A stretch of 64,000 nucleotides of DNA from a bacterium (lineage in GTDB: Bacteria; SAR324; NAC60-12): positions 4,000,001 through 4,064,000 of the forward strand of contig OZ242383.1 of NCBI GenBank assembly GCA_965209155.1, written 5' to 3'. Of the stretch, positions 59,394-64,000 are shown in pieces. The notes beneath the pieces were generated by a model. It had not been told where the DNA came from. It searched no databases and saw nothing but the letters and a program-made list of their open reading frames with translations. Position numbers and translations under genes: made by a program. Numbering within the stretch: position 1 is the first letter of the stretch; each line of letters begins with the position of its first letter.

Positions 59394-61733
59394 ATGAATT
59401 CAGCACCCGGACAATTTTCCGCTCTTAGCGGAATTATCGTGGTTGAGGTCGCAGGCGGTGTCGCGGGAGCGTACTGCGCGAAGCTCTTTGCCGATATGGG
59501 AGCTAAGGTTTTGCGCATTGTCCCGGCAGGGGGCGATCCCATGGAAAACGAATTGATTCACCCCGATGAGATATCGACGCGCGGACTGTACGCTGCTTAT
59601 CTCAACGCAGGAAAGCAGGTGCTTTATCCGAATGCGGTGGATCAAGTAGATGTCCTGATCTATGGGGAGGCCGCGGATCGAAATATTCAGGTAAAGCCCC
59701 CGCGCTTCGCGACCCTGGATATCGGTTGGTTTGGGGCTGACGGTCCGTATGCCGACTGGTCCGGCTCCGATTTGATCGTTCAAGCGTTGGCAGGCCTCAT
59801 TCATCCGCTCGGACCTGTCGATGGTCCACCCGTGTTCATGGGAGATCATCAATCCGCCATGGTGGGCGGTGTTGCGGCGTATTGTGCGGGGTTGGCGGCG
59901 CTTATTGGTGGATGCGCGCATCAGCGGTACGAAATAAGCACTCTCGAAGCCATTATAATGGTCGCCGAGATGCAATTGTGTCAATCACAGTCGCTCGGCG
60001 AATCGCTACCACGGGTGGGTGTTAACCGATTCGTGCCGACCTGTCCTCTGAGCATTCACCGATGCAAAGAGGGATGGATTGGCATAACACTGATAACGCC
60101 CGTGCAATGGCAGAACTTCTGCTCAATCTTGGACCTGCCTGACTTGGCCGCTGAACCGGAACTTAATTACTCCAAAGGCCGGGTACTCGCCGTCGAGCGC
60201 ATAGAGGCGGCGTTTGATAGCAGGTTTTCACTTCGCACAGCGGATGAATGGGCTGCGCTTGGGCGGCGCCACAAAGTGCCAATGGTGGTGGTACCAAACG
60301 CGCAAGGTATTTTGAAGCATCCGATTTTCAATCACCGTCTTTCTCTGTCGGATGTTTCATGGGACGGTGTCACATATCGAGTGCCCAGAACGCCGATTCA
60401 CTTAGAGGATACGCCGGCGCGCCTGGACCTCGATGACATTGTTGAGAAGACGCCTGTCAACTCGAAAACGGAACCTGCCAAAGACAGCATGAGCCCTTTG
60501 GCGGACGTTCGCGTTATCGATTTTTCCATGGGGTGGGCAGGCCCGCTAGCGACCAGGATGTTGGCTGACTTCGGCGCCGAGGTTATCAAGATCGAGGCGG
60601 GCAGATATCCGGACTGGTGGCGATTGGTTGACTGGTCGTCTGAGGCCATCGAACGGGGTCAATACGAAGAAAGCCTCCAATTCAGCGCGCTCAATCGCGC
60701 CAAGAAGAGCGTCAGCCTGGACCTCACTGCCGAGGAGGGCCAGCGGCTTGCAAAAACACTTGTCGCTAACGCCGATGTCGTTGTAGAGAATCACGCAGCG
60801 GGTGTGATGGACCGGCTTGGCTTGGGCTACGAAGCGTTGAGCGCAGGCCATCGCGAGTTGGTGATGTTGTCTTTATCCGCATTTGGTGGCGGAAATGCCT
60901 GGTCCGATACCCGCGCCTACGGCTCGGTATTGGACCAGGGCTCCGGCTTGCCGAACTTCGTCGGCGAAGAAAATTGGCCGCCGATGATGGCGCACGTGGC
61001 TTATGGCGATCCCATTGGTGGAATCTACGGCGCGGCGTCGTTACTCACTGCGATTTTTCACCAGCGCCGTTCGGGTAAAGGGCAATGGATCAATAACTCT
61101 CCGATCGAGGCAATGTTGCCCTTCACGACACCTGCACTGCTGGCTCGACAAGCGACTGGGCACGAACCGGTACGCCCAGGCAACCGGCATCCGGTGCTGG
61201 TCCCACACGGATGCTTCCAGTGCCGTGGGGAGAATCGATGGATTGCGGTCGCGGTGGCTGACGGGCCAAGCTGGAAGGCACTTACCGATATTATCGGGCG
61301 TCAAGATTTGCGCGACGATGCAACGCTACTCGAGAGTCCGGTTCGCCGTGTGCGGCAAGCCGAGTTAGAGAGCGCCATTGCGAACTGGACACTGGAAAAA
61401 GAGGCTCGCGAGGCCGCGTTCACGTTACAGACTGCCGGTATCTTAGCCGCTCCGATTCACCATCTCGACGAAGTGGAATCAGATCCACACCTGGTTGCCA
61501 GGCGATTTTTTTACTCCATTGAACACCCGCACGCGGGCCGGCAGAACCAAGTCGGATTGCCATGGAAGGTCAACGGTGAACGATATCCGATGCGTGGATT
61601 GGCACCTTTGTTGGGCGGTAATTCCGCAGAAGTGCTGAAACGGCTTGCGGATACTGATGCGCAAGGCTTCGAATCGTTGCTGAACCGGGGGATTGTGAGC
61701 CTGAAGCCGACCGAACTTCGAAAAACTCGCTAG
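59394..61733 (+). CDS. CaiB/BaiF (family III) CoA-transferase, tandem two-domain form
   Basis: Two L.G/D.RV...AG......AD.GA.V modules; NRAKKSVSLDL, ADVVVEN, YGDPIGG in the second. Confidence 0.93.
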   Translation: MNSAPGQFSALSGIIVVEVAGGVAGAYCAKLFADMGAKVLRIVPAGGDPMENELIHPDEISTRGLYAAYLNAGKQVLYPNAVDQVDVLIYGEAADRNIQVKPPRFATLDIGWFGADGPYADWSGSDLIVQALAGLIHPLGPVDGPPVFMGDHQSAMVGGVAAYCAGLAALIGGCAHQRYEISTLEAIIMVAEMQLCQSQSLGESLPRVGVNRFVPTCPLSIHRCKEGWIGITLITPVQWQNFCSILDLPDLAAEPELNYSKGRVLAVERIEAAFDSRFSLRTADEWAALGRRHKVPMVVVPNAQGILKHPIFNHRLSLSDVSWDGVTYRVPRTPIHLEDTPARLDLDDIVEKTPVNSKTEPAKDSMSPLADVRVIDFSMGWAGPLATRMLADFGAEVIKIEAGRYPDWWRLVDWSSEAIERGQYEESLQFSALNRAKKSVSLDLTAEEGQRLAKTLVANADVVVENHAAGVMDRLGLGYEALSAGHRELVMLSLSAFGGGNAWSDTRAYGSVLDQGSGLPNFVGEENWPPMMAHVAYGDPIGGIYGAASLLTAIFHQRRSGKGQWINNSPIEAMLPFTTPALLARQATGHEPVRPGNRHPVLVPHGCFQCRGENRWIAVAVADGPSWKALTDIIGRQDLRDDATLLESPVRRVRQAELESAIANWTLEKEAREAAFTLQTAGILAAPIHHLDEVESDPHLVARRFFYSIEHPHAGRQNQVGLPWKVNGERYPMRGLAPLLGGNSAEVLKRLADTDAQGFESLLNRGIVSLKPTELRKTR

Positions 61734-61757
61734 CAGCGTGTCCGACTTAAGAGGCGG

Positions 61758-61835
61758 GGCAGGATCATCCTCGATGTGGCCACCATCAGCTTCCTCGACT
61801 TCGGTATTCCATCGCCGCAGCCCATTTGGAGGGGA
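61758..61835 (+). pseudogene. Micro-remnant of a DppC permease
   Basis: GRIILDVATISFLDFGIPSPQPIWRG vs GGVIIAEASLSFLGFGLPANVPSWGG in 34127-35119. Confidence 0.5.
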
Positions 61836-61845
61836 ACGACAATGC

Positions 61846-63276
61846 CTATCCCTCTTTTAAATTCGGTCGCAGGGTATGCCATTCCGTCGCTTGTTCATAG
61901 GCATGGCCGACCTGGCACAGGAGAGGTTCACTGAGCGGGTGTCCAACGAATTGGAGAGAGAGGGGCAAGCCGTCCTGGTTGAACCCACACGGAACCGAGA
62001 GTGTGGGAGTGCCATTGAAATCAAAAGGGACGGTGAATCTTTGCAAGGAATAGTCGCCTTCTTTCATAGGGCCATATAACTGTTCAGGAGTCACTGGAAA
62101 GGGGGGTCCAGGCATCGAGGGACAAGCCAACAGATCAATGGTCTCAAAGATTTCTCGAAATCGACCATTGCAGGCAGCCCTCAGGTTATTGGCCCGGGCG
62201 TACTCTGCGCCACTCACCTTGGCTCCCATATCCAGCCAACCGCGAAACCAGGGCCCATACTCCTCACAACGGGAGGGATAGGTCGCTTCATGGGCTAATA
62301 CCGCTTCGGCAGAGCAGAGTGTGTACCAGGCGGGTAAGTATTCATCCACTTCGGGAAACTGAATTTCGATCACTTCGGCACCAAGCTGCTCCAAGAGGCG
62401 CACCCCGGAAGCGATAGCTTCGGCCAACTCCGCATTGGCGTGTTGTCCCGTCCCTTGTTCATCGAACCCGATCCGGACCCCTTTCACCCCGGCATTCAGG
62501 TTTTTCACCATGTCCGGAACCGGGTCAGGAAGCGAGGTAGGGTCATTCGGATCGTGACCAGCGATTGCCTGGAGCATCACAGCCGCATCGGCAGAACTGC
62601 GGGTCAGTGGACCAACATGGTCCAACGACTCGGCCAGGGCCAGAACTCCATAGCGGCTGACTCTGCCCCAGGTTGGCTTCAAGCCCACCACCCCACAGGC
62701 GGCAGCCGGAAAGCGGATAGACCCGCCTGTGTCGCTTCCCAGGGTCCCATAGGCCAATCCTGCTGCAACAGCAACCCCTGATCCGCTGGAGGAAGCCCCC
62801 GACCACACACCCGGATTCCAGGGATTCAAGGGTATCTCAAAGTGAGGATGATATCCCCCCATGGCCCCTTCCGTCAGGTTGAGCTTGCCCAGCAAAACCG
62901 CCCCTGCTTCTGCCAGCCGTGTCACGACAGTCGCATCTTCATTCGGAATATGATCGGCCAATACAGCTGCTCCTCCCATCGTTCGGATCCCCTTCGTAAA
63001 ACACAGATCTTTCACTGCGATAGGGATTCCATGTAAAGGACCCCGATACTTTCCCCCTGCCAGCTCCTGATCTGCCTGCTCCGCAGCAGCCAGGGCCTGC
63101 TCGGTCATCACCGTGGCGTAACTTTTCTGCCTCCCATCCAGGGATGCAATACGCTTCAGGAGAAATTGGGTCAGTTCGACAGAAGATAGCTCCCGGTATT
63201 GAAGGTGGGCGGCTACCTCCAGCAAAGGCTTATAATGAAGCTCATTCAAATCGGATGGTCTTTGTATTCCTGGCAT
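61846..63276 (-). CDS. Amidase-signature family enzyme
   Basis: GPLHGIPIAVKD, GASSSGS, GSDTGGSIRFPA, GLKPTWGRVS. Confidence 0.95.
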   Translation of the reverse strand: MPGIQRPSDLNELHYKPLLEVAAHLQYRELSSVELTQFLLKRIASLDGRQKSYATVMTEQALAAAEQADQELAGGKYRGPLHGIPIAVKDLCFTKGIRTMGGAAVLADHIPNEDATVVTRLAEAGAVLLGKLNLTEGAMGGYHPHFEIPLNPWNPGVWSGASSSGSGVAVAAGLAYGTLGSDTGGSIRFPAAACGVVGLKPTWGRVSRYGVLALAESLDHVGPLTRSSADAAVMLQAIAGHDPNDPTSLPDPVPDMVKNLNAGVKGVRIGFDEQGTGQHANAELAEAIASGVRLLEQLGAEVIEIQFPEVDEYLPAWYTLCSAEAVLAHEATYPSRCEEYGPWFRGWLDMGAKVSGAEYARANNLRAACNGRFREIFETIDLLACPSMPGPPFPVTPEQLYGPMKEGDYSLQRFTVPFDFNGTPTLSVPCGFNQDGLPLSLQFVGHPLSEPLLCQVGHAYEQATEWHTLRPNLKEG

Positions 63277-63497
63277 CGACTTACCCCCTTGCTATCCTTT
63301 TCACGTGTAACTTTTGAACGTTTGTTGCAGGGCTTTTTTCACCACCTGCCTCGTTTCTCACATGGTTTCAAGGTATCACTGTAGCAAAAGCGCAAATAAA
63401 GAACAATGAGGAATGCTCCTTGCTTCCGCAACACTCGTTTTTGCCGACCATTCCCCTTTCCTTCGAATGGGGAGTGGCGCGTGCTGAAGAGTGAACT

Positions 63498-64000
63498 TCA
63501 CTTCAAGAACCGATCTAAGACATTTCGGGTGATGCGGTCGACATAAGGATTTCCCTCTGCTAAACCCCAGGCCCATTCGGTGGTGCCTACCGAGAAGACT
63601 GCTCCACGTCCTTTGTTGAAGGTGCCCATGGCGGCTTGACCGCGCCTCGCGCGATCACGATTCTCTTTCGTATCAGCCCCAAAAATCCGTCTTGCCACGA
63701 AAGAGGCATCAAAATAGCCAAACCTTCCTTGAAGTTTTGTGTTTTCAGGTTCACCGAGGGATGCAGGCGCGGTGGCAATGATCTCAAAGTCGAGTGAGGT
63801 CCCATCTTCCCCTGTGGGAACGGGCAGTCCCTCCCGGATGGTGTAGGCGCACCCATCCATTTCATAACTACACAAAATATTCTCTTGCCCAAACACATCC
63901 CCAAAACAAAGCTCTGTGCCTTCAAGAGCCCAATGGTCCGGCCGGTATACGGTATAACCCCCTACACCCGCACTAGCATTCAAACCGATTCTGGCATAGC
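63498..64000 (-). CDS. N,N-dimethylformamidase large-subunit-like protein (5' part outside the window)
   Basis: YARIG...GYTVYRPDHWA..GT...GD, YEMDG, VFSVGTTEW..GL, V.RITRNVL; frame open to the window end. Confidence 0.8.
   Translation of the reverse strand, partial: YARIGLNASAGVGGYTVYRPDHWALEGTELCFGDVFGQENILCSYEMDGCAYTIREGLPVPTGEDGTSLDFEIIATAPASLGEPENTKLQGRFGYFDASFVARRIFGADTKENRDRARRGQAAMGTFNKGRGAVFSVGTTEWAWGLAEGNPYVDRITRNVLDRFLK

Overview
A 64-kb bacterial chromosomal segment with a moderately AT-rich backbone; its gene content resembles deltaproteobacteria such as SAR324, which is an inference. Left part: a giant minus-strand pseudokinase-AAA-GAF-sigma54 activator gene running off the window start (absent from the ORF track), then housekeeping genes (rsmI, PAP2, ccsA-like, a long RelA/SpoT homologue with a degenerate synthetase domain, uppP, an active plus an inactive Deg/HtrA protease pair, polyprenyl synthase, HNH, IHF, gpsA, DtxR/MntR, rpsD). 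Next is a Mo/W-cofactor operon behind a Moco/Tuco riboswitch (moaA, antisense moaD, mobB-mobA fusion, two moeA, fdhD). Two copies of a non-autonomous IS200/IS605-like element each carry an inverted-repeat-flanked four-helix-bundle gene instead of tnpA. The 32.2-46.8 kb region is a mosaic of three related units. Each has a variable-length coiled-coil membrane gene and a family-5 solute-binding protein (SBP). The region ends in a BlaI repressor plus a BlaR1/M56 metalloprotease fused to a complete family-5 SBP, the best candidate for an undescribed system. Right part: livKGFHM-type transporter, murJ, tricorn protease, Mrp/ApbC, a double CaiB CoA-transferase, an amidase and a partial DMFase-like gene. 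All calls come from motif recognition by eye; no searches were run.
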